A stretch of 64,000 nt of DNA from positions 7,397 to 71,396 of the forward strand of contig CAJWQP010000001.1 of NCBI GenBank assembly GCA_913045445.1. Direction: 5' to 3'. How positions within the stretch are numbered: the stretch's first letter is position 1; each line of letters begins with the position of its first letter. Below are positions 36,741 to 45,908 of the stretch, in pieces. The stretch comes from an uncultured Nitrospina sp. (lineage in GTDB: Bacteria > Nitrospinota > Nitrospinia > Nitrospinales > VA-1). The notes under the pieces are model-generated. The model made no database searches and had not been told where the DNA came from. It worked only from the letters and a program-made list of their open reading frames with translations. A program made the position numbers and the translations under genes.

Positions 36741-36986
36741 TTATTCTTTTTCCTGTCCGATCAGCAGTCGCACAGATATTCCCAGCACAATCATGATGAG
36801 TCCGAGCATGAGAGAAAGATATCCATCTCCCTCAATGAATTCCATGTAAGACTTCCCAACGATGGGCCATTGCCGGACGATGCCCACGACAGCGAAAATC
36901 GTTCCCAGCGCAGTAAGGAACCTTTTCATCCAAAGAACACTGCGCTCTCCCGCTTCTTCATCGGTTTCATTTTCCATCAGAAACAA
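36741..36986 (-). CDS. Small hypothetical membrane protein
   Basis: 81 aa with two predicted TM helices. I recognise no family. Confidence 0.4.
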   Translation of the reverse strand: MFLMENETDEEAGERSVLWMKRFLTALGTIFAVVGIVRQWPIVGKSYMEFIEGDGYLSLMLGLIMIVLGISVRLLIGQEKE

Positions 36987-37191
36987 ATCCTCGGATCAGA
37001 TTGGGCTATTTGACATGCGGCCAGCGGAAAACCCGGAAAACCAAAGTTGCTTCCACGCAAATTTTACGTAAGAAATGCCGTCACCTCAAGCAAAAAATAT
37101 CGGTAGTTCAAGTAATAAATGACGGTACCTTGCAGAACGAGGAAATTATGTCAAAATGTAAGTGTTTTTGATATTACGGGGATACCTGCTT

Positions 37192-38055
37192 ATGTTCAGA
37201 GTTTCGTGTTTTATATTTTTATGTCTTATGTTCCTGGTTTCATGTTCTGCCCAACGCATGGCGGCGCAGTTGGCTTTTCCTCTGGTGCAGGGCCAGTACA
37301 AGGCAATGCAGGAGGAAGCTGATCTTGGCCTCGCCGCGAAGGCCATCCCATCTAATTTGAAAATGATGGAAGGGTTGCTCAAGGGTGACGAGAGCAGTAC
37401 GCCTATCCTGAATAACCTGGCAGAAGGTTTTTGCAGTTACTCTTTCAGCTTTATTGAAGACAGTAATCCCGAAAGAGCATCGGCTTTGTATCAGAGGGGA
37501 AGGGGGTACGCCGTACGATCCCTTGCCGAAAGTTCTGGTGTCAAGGATCTGCTGACGTTGACCGGGGAGGAATTTCAATTTGTCTTGAAGGGGATGAATG
37601 CAAACGATCTTCCCGCATTGTTTTGGCTGGGGCAGTGTTGGTCCGGCTGGCTCATGCTCAACCTCGGTAGTCCGGAAACGTTTGCCGATATCTCACGCGT
37701 GGAGTGGTTGATGAAGCGGACGGCTGAGCTGGATGAAGATTACCATTATGCAGGACCTCATCTAGCTCTGGGAGGATTTTACGGAAGCAGAACAAAAATG
37801 CTCGGCGGGGACCCGGAAAAAGCCCGATATCATTTTGAACGGAACCTGGAATTGAACCAACGAAAGTTTTTACTCACCCAGTTGATATATGCCAGGACCT
37901 ACGCTGTTCAGTCACAAGACAAAGAATTGTTTGGACGCCTGCTCAAAGAAATTTTGGACTCCTCTTCCAATGCACTGCCCGAACAACGACTGGCAAACGA
38001 AGTGGCTAAACAAAAAGCGCGAAAACTACTGGATATGGCAGATGAATTATTCTAA
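37192..38055 (+). CDS. TRAP-transporter TatT-component family (TPR-like) lipoprotein
   Basis: Lipobox 'FLVSC'. Contains 'LKGDESSTPILNNLAEGFCSYSFSFIED', 'LFWLGQCWSGW', 'GPHLALGGFY', 'GGDPEKARYHFERNLEL' and 'RLANEVAKQKARKLL', which fit the TatT pattern. Confidence 0.7.
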   Translation: MFRVSCFIFLCLMFLVSCSAQRMAAQLAFPLVQGQYKAMQEEADLGLAAKAIPSNLKMMEGLLKGDESSTPILNNLAEGFCSYSFSFIEDSNPERASALYQRGRGYAVRSLAESSGVKDLLTLTGEEFQFVLKGMNANDLPALFWLGQCWSGWLMLNLGSPETFADISRVEWLMKRTAELDEDYHYAGPHLALGGFYGSRTKMLGGDPEKARYHFERNLELNQRKFLLTQLIYARTYAVQSQDKELFGRLLKEILDSSSNALPEQRLANEVAKQKARKLLDMADELF

Positions 38056-39043
38056 ACGGTTGCTGGTTATACTGACGGTAGTGTTTTTTCTTGTCGGCAA
38101 TGCGGGGCAGGTGTTCGCAGGAGATACCGAGATTATCAAATTTGCCACACTCGCTCCCGAAGGAACTGCATGGATGAAAGAGATGCACGCCCTGGCGGAT
38201 GAAGTGAAGCAAGTGACCGGCGGCGCGGTGAAGTTTAAATTTTATCCCGGCGGTGTTTCAGGCGATGAAAAAGATGTGATACGAAAAATGCGTATAGGTC
38301 AACTGCACGGTGCCGGGTTTACCGGTGTCGGACTCGGCGAAATTTTGCCTGAGGTGCGAGTTCTGGATATTCCCTTCCTTTTTGAAACAGACGAGCAGAT
38401 CAATAAAATATACGATTTGTTGAACGATCACTTCGTCAAACAATACGACAAGAAAGGTTACGTGCTTCTCGGCTGGGTTCCGGTCGGCTGGGTTCATATA
38501 TTCTCAGCAGGGAAAATTGAGTCTGTGGGTGATCTGGCGAAATCCAAGCCCTGGATGTGGGAAGGCGATCCACTGGTCCAGGAAGCCTACTCGGCGATGA
38601 ATGTGAAGCCTGTGCCGCTGTCCGTGACCGATGTCCTTATGTCGCTCCAGACGGGAATGATAGATACCGTCTACGGTTCATCACAGGCTGTGCTGGCGTT
38701 GCAATGGTTCACGCGAGTAAAACACATGATCGACATCAGGATGGGTTATGCAACGGGCGGAGTATTGGTTTCCAAGCGAAAATTTAAAAAACTTTCCAGC
38801 GAACACCAGAAAGCTCTTCTCAACGTGAGTAAAAAACGTTTGCAAATTCTCGCAGGGAAAATACAGGTGGACAATAAACGTTCTGTAGATGTTATGGTTA
38901 AAAACGGTGTCCAGGTGATTCCGGTCGCATCCAATGCCGAAAGGGAAAAATTTCGTAAAGCCGGAACTCTGGCCAGAAAGAATCTCACAGGGCAATTGTT
39001 TTCAAAGGAAATCCTTCAACAGGTATTGTCGCACCTGCAATAA
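38042..39043 (+). CDS. TRAP-transporter substrate-binding protein (DctP/TatP-like)
   Basis: The ATG at 38042 gives a signal peptide 'MNYSKRLLVILTVVFFLVGNAGQVFAG'. It has a DctP-like fold and overlaps the TatT stop by 14 nt. Confidence 0.8.
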   Translation: MNYSKRLLVILTVVFFLVGNAGQVFAGDTEIIKFATLAPEGTAWMKEMHALADEVKQVTGGAVKFKFYPGGVSGDEKDVIRKMRIGQLHGAGFTGVGLGEILPEVRVLDIPFLFETDEQINKIYDLLNDHFVKQYDKKGYVLLGWVPVGWVHIFSAGKIESVGDLAKSKPWMWEGDPLVQEAYSAMNVKPVPLSVTDVLMSLQTGMIDTVYGSSQAVLALQWFTRVKHMIDIRMGYATGGVLVSKRKFKKLSSEHQKALLNVSKKRLQILAGKIQVDNKRSVDVMVKNGVQVIPVASNAEREKFRKAGTLARKNLTGQLFSKEILQQVLSHLQ

Positions 39044-39195
39044 CTGCCCCTGTGTTTTCTTCATTAACAAAAATTAACGAACCTTTTTCTAATACGAGCA
39101 TCCTACAGTTATCTAGGCTCTGATGGGTCTAAGCCTCTGAAGAGCTTAAACAGGTTTCAATTCGCTAGGTTGAAACCGAGTAATTCCCCCTCTTG

Positions 39196-39224
39196 GGGCC
39201 GTCCGTCAGGGCGGCCCTTTTTTT
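39196..39224 (+). terminator. Intrinsic terminator after the TRAP SBP gene
   Basis: Stem GGGCCG / CGGCCC followed by a run of 7 T. It overlaps the stop of the convergent AMP-binding gene. Confidence 0.6.
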
Positions 39225-40869
39225 ATTCTCTGGAAACTTTTCCAATAGCCCACTCGGCGAGTTGTTCACGGAAGATTTTGGCATTGTGGCGGATGTCTAC
39301 CGGGAACTCCGGATGGATCAGGATATCCTTAACTTGGCGAGTATGCGCATATTGGCCCCCCAATTCCGATAATTCTTTTATCAACTCACCATGTGAGGAA
39401 TCACCAGACGATTCGCCAGAGTTTTCAAGCTCGATGATGATAGCCGGTTTCTGTTGGCCAGCTGTTCCCACACCCACCAGGGCAGATCGTTTTACCCTGG
39501 AGTGAGTATTGAAAACCCCTTCACATTGAATGGTGAACAGAGTGCCTTTAGCGGTTTGAACGCGCTGGCTTTTCCTGCCGCAAAACCACAGGCGGTTTTG
39601 TTCATCGAGATAACCGACATCGCCCATGCGATGCCAGAAAGAATTTTCAGCGTCCTCAATTTTCGCCAGTCGGGTGGCTTCTTCACGATTGAAATAACAA
39701 CGGGTCACCCACGGACCTTTCACGGCGATTTCCCCAATCTTTCCCTGCGGTAGTTCCAGCGCATCATTCCATTGGGGAATCGGGTCATCGGTGATGCTTA
39801 TGATTTTAAGTTCAATCCCAGGGACGACATGGCCCACACAAGTGCCTTGTCCTTTTTGAGTTTTTTTGAAGGTGTCTGCCAGAACCTCTTTGCGTTCCAT
39901 GGTAGCGACTGGAAGCGATTCTGTTGCGCCGTAAGGAGTATGAATTTCCGATTCAGGTTCGAGAATGCGATCAAACCGTTCGAGCAGCGAACCGGGAACA
40001 GGAGCGCCCGCCATCAGAATACGCTTAATGGAAGGCAGTCTGCGATTATGTTTCAGGCAATGCCGACTCACCGTATCCCATAGCGCGGGTGATCCGAATG
40101 CGCTGGTTACATTTTGCGCGGTAGCGGTTTGTAAAATCATTTCCGGATTAACTTTAGCTGGACGTGTGAAATCCATTTCCGGGAGGATGGATGTCATCCC
40201 GATCCCTACTCCAAACAAGGCGAACAAGGGGAAGGTGGGGAGGTCAATTTCACCGGGTTGTATACCATAGGAGGAGCGTAGTGTATCCAATTGACGCAGG
40301 AACATTCCGTGCGTATACAAGACCCCTTTGGGAGACCCGGTACTTCCGCTGGTGAACAGGATGGCCGCCGGGTCGTCCTTAAAAGTCTCGACAAAATTGG
40401 GATTGGACTCAGCCAGCCTGCGTACGTCGTCAAGAGTTTTTCCTCCCCAGAACCAGCGAGAACCTACCGTAATTCTCTGGCGCACACTTTGGAAGGGTTT
40501 GCGAAAAACCCGTGATATTGAGTGAGCTAGTGGGATAGCTACCATTCCCTTCGGTTGGGATTCTTCAACGCACTGCAGGACATTTTTTCTGCCCAGTCCG
40601 GGGTCAATCAGGATCGGTACCGTTCCGGCCTTGAACAGGGCGAAGGCGATAGAAATAAAATCAATTCCGAAAGGAACCAGAAGCAGAACGCGATCCCCTT
40701 TCTTCAATCCGTACTGATTGAGCCCAGATGCGATGCGAGAGCTTTCGTCATTCAGTTCCGCAAAAGAAATAGAAACGCTCGTGTGGGGCACGACAATCGC
40801 CCTGCGATTTGGAAAATCCCTCGCCGCATTTTCCAGAGAGACGGCTATGTTGTGGCACTTCGGTTCCAT
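39223..40869 (-). CDS. AMP-dependent synthetase/ligase (acyl-CoA synthetase-like)
   Basis: Adenylation motifs 'LFTSGSTGSPKG' and 'YGATE'. 548 aa. Confidence 0.85.
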   Translation of the reverse strand: MEPKCHNIAVSLENAARDFPNRRAIVVPHTSVSISFAELNDESSRIASGLNQYGLKKGDRVLLLVPFGIDFISIAFALFKAGTVPILIDPGLGRKNVLQCVEESQPKGMVAIPLAHSISRVFRKPFQSVRQRITVGSRWFWGGKTLDDVRRLAESNPNFVETFKDDPAAILFTSGSTGSPKGVLYTHGMFLRQLDTLRSSYGIQPGEIDLPTFPLFALFGVGIGMTSILPEMDFTRPAKVNPEMILQTATAQNVTSAFGSPALWDTVSRHCLKHNRRLPSIKRILMAGAPVPGSLLERFDRILEPESEIHTPYGATESLPVATMERKEVLADTFKKTQKGQGTCVGHVVPGIELKIISITDDPIPQWNDALELPQGKIGEIAVKGPWVTRCYFNREEATRLAKIEDAENSFWHRMGDVGYLDEQNRLWFCGRKSQRVQTAKGTLFTIQCEGVFNTHSRVKRSALVGVGTAGQQKPAIIIELENSGESSGDSSHGELIKELSELGGQYAHTRQVKDILIHPEFPVDIRHNAKIFREQLAEWAIGKVSRE

Positions 40870-40875
40870 ATCTAA

Positions 40876-41622
40876 TCACGGCAGGTCCAAGGTCGCCTTG
40901 ACCATGGGAACCGTCACTTTCTTTTTTTGGATATAGGATTCCTGGTTGATCTTGGTGATCGTGTGCTTGATCGACATGAAATCTCTGGGAATGCGAGTGA
41001 GGAGATAGTCGATTATCTTGTCCGGGATGACCAGTCCGACATCTTTTGCCAGTTTGGTGATTATTTTAGCAGTTGTTTTGTCATCAATGGGTTTCAGTTC
41101 TGCAGACATACCCCATTGAAAGCGAGAGGTTAGATAGCTCTCGGTACCTTCCAGGTTTGCCGGGTTAAGATTTCCTGCGAACGCGATTTTTTTCCCCTTT
41201 TCAACAAGAGTGTTGAAGATGAGGTAAAGTTTTTCCTGAGAAGCACGTTGTCCGGCGATATGGTCCACCGCATCGAGCAGAAACAGATCGACGTTGGAAA
41301 GAATGGATACGAATTCGCCCGAAGAGCCGTTAGCATTTTCATCTGTTTTTTGGATGAAATCAGCTCCATGAACGTACAGAGCTTTTTCACCCATAGAGGC
41401 AGACTGATTGCCAATAGAGATAAGAAGGTGGGTTTTGCCAAGGTTTCTGCCGCCGAAAAGATAGAGTGTGTTGAAGGGAGAAGGTTCCTCACCGCAGAAC
41501 TGGCGGGCGGCATCGAAGGCAATTTTTGAACCCTCCGAAACCACGAAATTGGAAAACATATATTCAGGCCGTGAAGGAAAATCAAGAATGAGCTGACGCG
41601 CCAGGCGTTCCTTTTCAGACAT
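40876..41622 (-). CDS. DnaA-related AAA+ protein (Hda-like)
   Basis: 248 aa, equivalent to DnaA domain III only. Contains Walker A 'GGRNLGKTHLL', 'LLDAVDHIAG', 'LTSRFQWGM' and a C-terminal 'KKVTVPMVKATL', following the Hda layout. Confidence 0.7.
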   Translation of the reverse strand: MSEKERLARQLILDFPSRPEYMFSNFVVSEGSKIAFDAARQFCGEEPSPFNTLYLFGGRNLGKTHLLISIGNQSASMGEKALYVHGADFIQKTDENANGSSGEFVSILSNVDLFLLDAVDHIAGQRASQEKLYLIFNTLVEKGKKIAFAGNLNPANLEGTESYLTSRFQWGMSAELKPIDDKTTAKIITKLAKDVGLVIPDKIIDYLLTRIPRDFMSIKHTITKINQESYIQKKKVTVPMVKATLDLP

Positions 41623-41687
41623 GGCCTGTTCGATTCGCAGGCAGGGGAGGAGAGCTTTGCATCAATATAAAGGGGGTAATGTTTTGT

Positions 41688-41760
41688 TCGTCTTTGCGAG
41701 CGAAGCGAAGCAATCCAGAGTTCTGGATCGCCACGCTGTTTATAACGGCTCGCGATGACG
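41688..41760. repeat. Palindromic intergenic element (family 2, GCGAGCGAAGCGAAGC type)
   Basis: Imperfect terminal inverted repeats CGTCTTTGCGAGCG / CGGCTCGCGATGACG with an inner hairpin ATCCAGA-GT-TCTGGAT. It is followed by TAGGGCAAC, the same 9-mer found at 8368. Confidence 0.55.
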
Positions 41761-41781
41761 CTAGGGCAACCAAAGACAGAA

Positions 41782-42246
41782 TCATTTTGGTCCTATTTGA
41801 ACTTCAACGTCGGATCCGAGCCATGTTGATTGAATGATTACGGTACAGACCGAGCCTTCTTTTTGATAATTTAAAATCTTCCCATCATGTGCCATTGAAT
41901 TGACCAGGGTCCATCCCTGATTGGTCATTTCATTCTGGTAGAATTCGACAGTATCTATCAGGTTTTCGCTGGTACTGAAAAACAGGCGCCCCACCTTGAT
42001 GGCACCGCTCCCCGACTCATACACAAATGTTTTAGACTGATCTCTTTCTGAATCCTTGGGGACAGGCACATCTGTGAAGGGGTGAGCCAGATTAATAGGT
42101 TCAGGCGGCGGCGTTTCATTTTCTAAATTTTCTAACGTGGTACATCCGCCGAAAAATACAAGAAGCAACAGACTGATAACGCAGGCCAAAATTGATGATC
42201 GGTTTTCTTTAACTGTTTTCAAAAAGAGTCCTCCCAAAATAGACAA
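41782..42246 (-). CDS. Hypothetical lipoprotein
   Basis: Signal peptide with lipobox 'FFGGC'. 154 aa. Confidence 0.5.
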   Translation of the reverse strand: MSILGGLFLKTVKENRSSILACVISLLLLVFFGGCTTLENLENETPPPEPINLAHPFTDVPVPKDSERDQSKTFVYESGSGAIKVGRLFFSTSENLIDTVEFYQNEMTNQGWTLVNSMAHDGKILNYQKEGSVCTVIIQSTWLGSDVEVQIGPK

Positions 42247-42409
42247 CTGTCAGGCCAAGTAGCATCAAGGCAAATCCGAGGATTCGTAGAATCCGATCTG
42301 GAATTTCACCAATTTTTTGAGCAAAATTTTTAACCTGGGAAGGAGCACAGAAATAAGGAATGCCTTCGAAGATCATCATCAATCCCAGGGCGGAAAGAAA
42401 CAGACCCAT
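42209..42409 (-). CDS. DUF2065 (YjeT-like) small membrane protein
   Basis: 66 aa with 'LMMIFEGIPYFCAP' and two TM helices. Confidence 0.6.
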   Translation of the reverse strand: MGLFLSALGLMMIFEGIPYFCAPSQVKNFAQKIGEIPDRILRILGFALMLLGLTVVYFGRTLFENS

Positions 42410-42827
42410 GAACGTAAGCGGTTGGTAGAAGAAAATTGTGGAAAACGGGGCCGCCGAGCTACAGTTTCAGGTCTTGGCAGGAATCCCGGTTCGGGGTTCG
42501 AAGCAGTTGGCGAGTCCTAAGGCTCATCGTGTATTCCTGCCACAAACCCTGATGTTGTAGTAGATTATCATGAATCCGTCAGGCAGAGTCAATAAATATT
42601 TAGGTGACCGGGAATAGAGGTTGTCATGGAAGAATTTGCCGTTATATAATGAAAACACAAATTATTTTGACGATATTGTCCGATAAATATAAGACATTCC
42701 GTATAGATTTTTCCGGTGTTGTCCAAATCATCTTCATGTGACCGCCATTAAATTTAACAAGTGAAATTAAGCGTTTCCAGTGATCAAGTCTGGAAATGAA
42801 TATTCAAGCGATTAGCGAGGTTTTCTA

Positions 42828-44351
42828 ATGAATTGTAAAGTTGTCAAGGTAGTATTTTCCTGGTTTCTGGTGATGGGTATATGTTTTCCTCTTTCCATGG
42901 AAACGGGGGATGTTTCCGGATCATTGACAGGACAGGCTTGGGCCTTGAGTTCTGAATCGATGCCGCTGACGAGTAACATATTCGTTGATATAGCAAAGCA
43001 ACAGAATCCGGCAGTAGTCAATGTCAGTATGAGCTCCAAGGCAAAAAAGGCCAGCCCGCGTCGACAGACTCCTCCGGCTCCTCCGGGATTGCCAAGAGAT
43101 CCGAGAGCACCGGGAGGGCCAGGGCAGAAAGATCCATTTCGTGATTTCTACGACAAGTTTTTTGACAAGCGACCTGATAATCAGCCAAAGCGTGGAACGG
43201 GTTCAGGGTTCATCATTGATCCGGAAGGATATATCTTGACCAACGTCCACGTTGTTGACGGGGCCGAAGAGATTCTTGTCAACCTGGAAGATGAAAATGA
43301 AGATGAAAAGGAATACAGCGCAACGTTGATCGGTTCCGACTCTAAAACCGACATTGCCTTGATCAAGATCACCAGAGAAAATGGAGACAACACACCATTC
43401 CCATACTTGCGTATGGGGGACTCCGATAAACTGGAAGTTGGCGAATGGGTGATGGCAATTGGAAATCCATTTGGATTAAGCCATACCGTAACCGTGGGCG
43501 TGGTCAGCGCGAAAGACAGAAGCATTGGTGCCGGACCCTATGACGAATTCATCCAGACAGATGCCTCCATCAACCCCGGTAACAGCGGTGGTCCGTTGAT
43601 CAATATCAAGGGGCAGGTTATTGGAATGAATACAGCAATCATATCGGGCAATACCGGCGGAAATGTTGGAATTGGTTTTGCCATTCCGATCAATGTAGCC
43701 AAGTCTATTTTGACGGACCTGCGAGAAAAAGGAAAAGTCACACGCGGGTGGCTGGGCGTGATGATTCAAAAAGTCACACCAGAACTGGCTAAATCATTTT
43801 CATTGAAGGATAACAAGGGGGCATTGGTGGGAGACGTTATTCCCAACGGACCAGCCTCCAAGGCAGGAATCAAGCGTGGGGATGTGATTGTTGAATTCAA
43901 CGGGCATTACGTATCTGATATGGAAGAACTGCCTAAAATCGTAGCAAACACAACGCCGGATTCTAATGTCGATGTGGAAGTGATTCGGGGCGGGAAATCG
44001 TTGACCCTGAATGTTCATATCGAGGTTCTTAAAGATGGTGAGGAAAAAGTGGCGCAAGCTCAGGTGGCAGATCCGCTGGGCATGCAGGCGCAGGACATAA
44101 CTCCCGAACTGGCACAGAGCCTGGGTTTGGATACCGAGGAAGGTGTGTTGGTGTCTGATGTGACAGCGGGGCAACCCGCCGCCGATGCCGGTATCAGGCG
44201 CGGTGATGTGATTTCAGAAATTGATCGCAAACCGATTGCGAATACGGCAGATTATAACCGTGCGATTGGAAATATAAAGGCAGGTCGCACGGTACTGTTC
44301 CTTATTCGCAGAGGGGGGACGACCATATACATAGCCGTTAAGGTGAAATAG
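42828..44351 (+). CDS. Do/DegP/DegQ-family periplasmic serine endoprotease (2 PDZ)
   Basis: Signal peptide, catalytic 'TNVHVV', 'DIALIK' and 'GNSGGPL', and two PDZ domains. Confidence 0.9.
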   Translation: MNCKVVKVVFSWFLVMGICFPLSMETGDVSGSLTGQAWALSSESMPLTSNIFVDIAKQQNPAVVNVSMSSKAKKASPRRQTPPAPPGLPRDPRAPGGPGQKDPFRDFYDKFFDKRPDNQPKRGTGSGFIIDPEGYILTNVHVVDGAEEILVNLEDENEDEKEYSATLIGSDSKTDIALIKITRENGDNTPFPYLRMGDSDKLEVGEWVMAIGNPFGLSHTVTVGVVSAKDRSIGAGPYDEFIQTDASINPGNSGGPLINIKGQVIGMNTAIISGNTGGNVGIGFAIPINVAKSILTDLREKGKVTRGWLGVMIQKVTPELAKSFSLKDNKGALVGDVIPNGPASKAGIKRGDVIVEFNGHYVSDMEELPKIVANTTPDSNVDVEVIRGGKSLTLNVHIEVLKDGEEKVAQAQVADPLGMQAQDITPELAQSLGLDTEEGVLVSDVTAGQPAADAGIRRGDVISEIDRKPIANTADYNRAIGNIKAGRTVLFLIRRGGTTIYIAVKVK

Positions 44352-44482
44352 CCACTGGCCGTGGAGGCAATATGTCGAAGCGTTAGCTGGCAAACGCTAA
44401 CGATTTGGCACGAAATAGGGTTTTGCTTTGTCCTCGTTCCAATGCTCCAGCGTGGGAACGAAGAGGAAAGTTATCAATTTTC

Positions 44483-44524
44483 AGACGGCAGGCCGAGAGG
44501 CTTGCCGTCTTTCGTTTTCTTCTT
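44483..44524 (+). terminator. Intrinsic terminator between the two HtrA paralogues
   Basis: A 12-bp stem AGACGGCAGGCC / GGCTTGCCGTCT with a GAGA loop, followed by a T-rich tract. Confidence 0.8.
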
Positions 44525-44527
44525 CAT

Positions 44528-45901
44528 ATGAACCATTCCCGATTTATCATAACGATACTCGCCCTCATCACCTTTGCCTGTGGAGCTGTTCCCCTGTGGG
44601 CAGAGGGCAGTGACCGTCGCACTCCTGTAGTCAAGGTGGTGGAAATGGCGGGACCGGCGGTAGTCAATATCAACACTGAAGAGGTTGTACCCGCAATGCG
44701 AAACCCGTTCAGGGATTCGCGCAATCCTTTCTTTGACCAGTTTTTCCAGCAACTGTTTCCGCGTTTGAATAATAACCGCCGAAGTCTGGGATCCGGAGTG
44801 ATTATTCATCCAGATGGATACATCCTCACTAACGAACATGTTGTTTCCAGAGCGACCCGCATTAAAGTTACACTCATAGATAAACGGGAGTTTGATGCTC
44901 ATCTTGTGGGAGCCGATATCAAATCGGATCTTGCAGTTATTAAAATAGACAGTGAAGAACATCTGCCTCACGTTGCTTTGGGGCGGTCAGATGACCTGAT
45001 GACCGGAGAAACAGTCATAGCCATCGGGAATCCTTTCGGTCTGCGACACACGGTGACGACTGGAATTATCAGCGCATTGCACCGGAGTATTCAGGGTGAC
45101 AAAAAAAGGGTTTACCGGGACTTTATTCAGTTGGATGCCTCGATCAATCCGGGTAACAGTGGAGGTCCTCTCCTCAATATTAATGGTTCACTGATTGGGA
45201 TCAACACAGCTATTTTTCAGAAAGCCGAGGGGATTGGATTTGCCATTCCCATTGATAAGGCCAAGCGCATTGTCGATGACCTTATCCGTTACGGCAAGGT
45301 GCGGCGCGGGTGGCTGGGCGTATCTGTGCAGGACATGTCTAAAGAAATGCTCCGTTTCTTTCATCTCGACCGGGTTACAGGCGTGGTCGTTGTGCGGGTT
45401 ATGAAAGGAAGCCCGGGTGCCAAAGCCGGACTGAAACAGGGAGATGTTATTTTGTCCCTGGAGAATAATGAGGTCAGTGATAAATCTGATTACTCCGAAC
45501 GAGTTTCCACCTACCCTGTGGGAAACACCATACGATTAAAAATATTACGAGATGGGGCAAAGCATTCAGTGTCCTTGAAAGTTTCGTTTCTGCCTGTCAA
45601 GCTGGTCGAAGAGTATACAAAAACCTGGTTGGGATTCAATGTGTCGATGATTGAAAAATCATCGTTGCGAAGATATCGCCTGGCAACTGATCAGGGAGTG
45701 GTCGTGACGGGGGTGATACCGGGCAGTGCCGGAGGAAAAATCGGGATACAGCCGGGAGATGTTATCCGGCAGGTCAATCAGGCGAGAATTAGAAATGAAC
45801 GGGATTTTAAAGCCGCTATGGTAGAGGCGGCGGGGCGCGATAGTGTGCTTCTTCTGGTGCAAAGGGGGCAGAACGGATATTACGTAACGCTTGAACCCTG
45901 A
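44528..45901 (+). CDS. Second HtrA/DegQ-family serine protease (2 PDZ)
   Basis: The ATG at 44528 gives a signal peptide 'MNHSRFIITILALITFACGAVPLWA'. Contains 'TNEHVV', 'DLAVIK' and 'GNSGGPL'. Confidence 0.9.
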   Translation: MNHSRFIITILALITFACGAVPLWAEGSDRRTPVVKVVEMAGPAVVNINTEEVVPAMRNPFRDSRNPFFDQFFQQLFPRLNNNRRSLGSGVIIHPDGYILTNEHVVSRATRIKVTLIDKREFDAHLVGADIKSDLAVIKIDSEEHLPHVALGRSDDLMTGETVIAIGNPFGLRHTVTTGIISALHRSIQGDKKRVYRDFIQLDASINPGNSGGPLLNINGSLIGINTAIFQKAEGIGFAIPIDKAKRIVDDLIRYGKVRRGWLGVSVQDMSKEMLRFFHLDRVTGVVVVRVMKGSPGAKAGLKQGDVILSLENNEVSDKSDYSERVSTYPVGNTIRLKILRDGAKHSVSLKVSFLPVKLVEEYTKTWLGFNVSMIEKSSLRRYRLATDQGVVVTGVIPGSAGGKIGIQPGDVIRQVNQARIRNERDFKAAMVEAAGRDSVLLLVQRGQNGYYVTLEP

Positions 45902-45908
45902 GCGCCAG

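Noticed and set aside
42440-42560. Possible SRP (4.5S) RNA, suggested by 'CAGGTC...GAAGCAG' resembling helix-8 sequence.
   Set aside because: The hallmark GGAAGGAAGCAGC / GNRA-capped helix 8 is not present, and the flanking pairing does not reproduce the SRP fold. I kept it only as an unclassified structured element.
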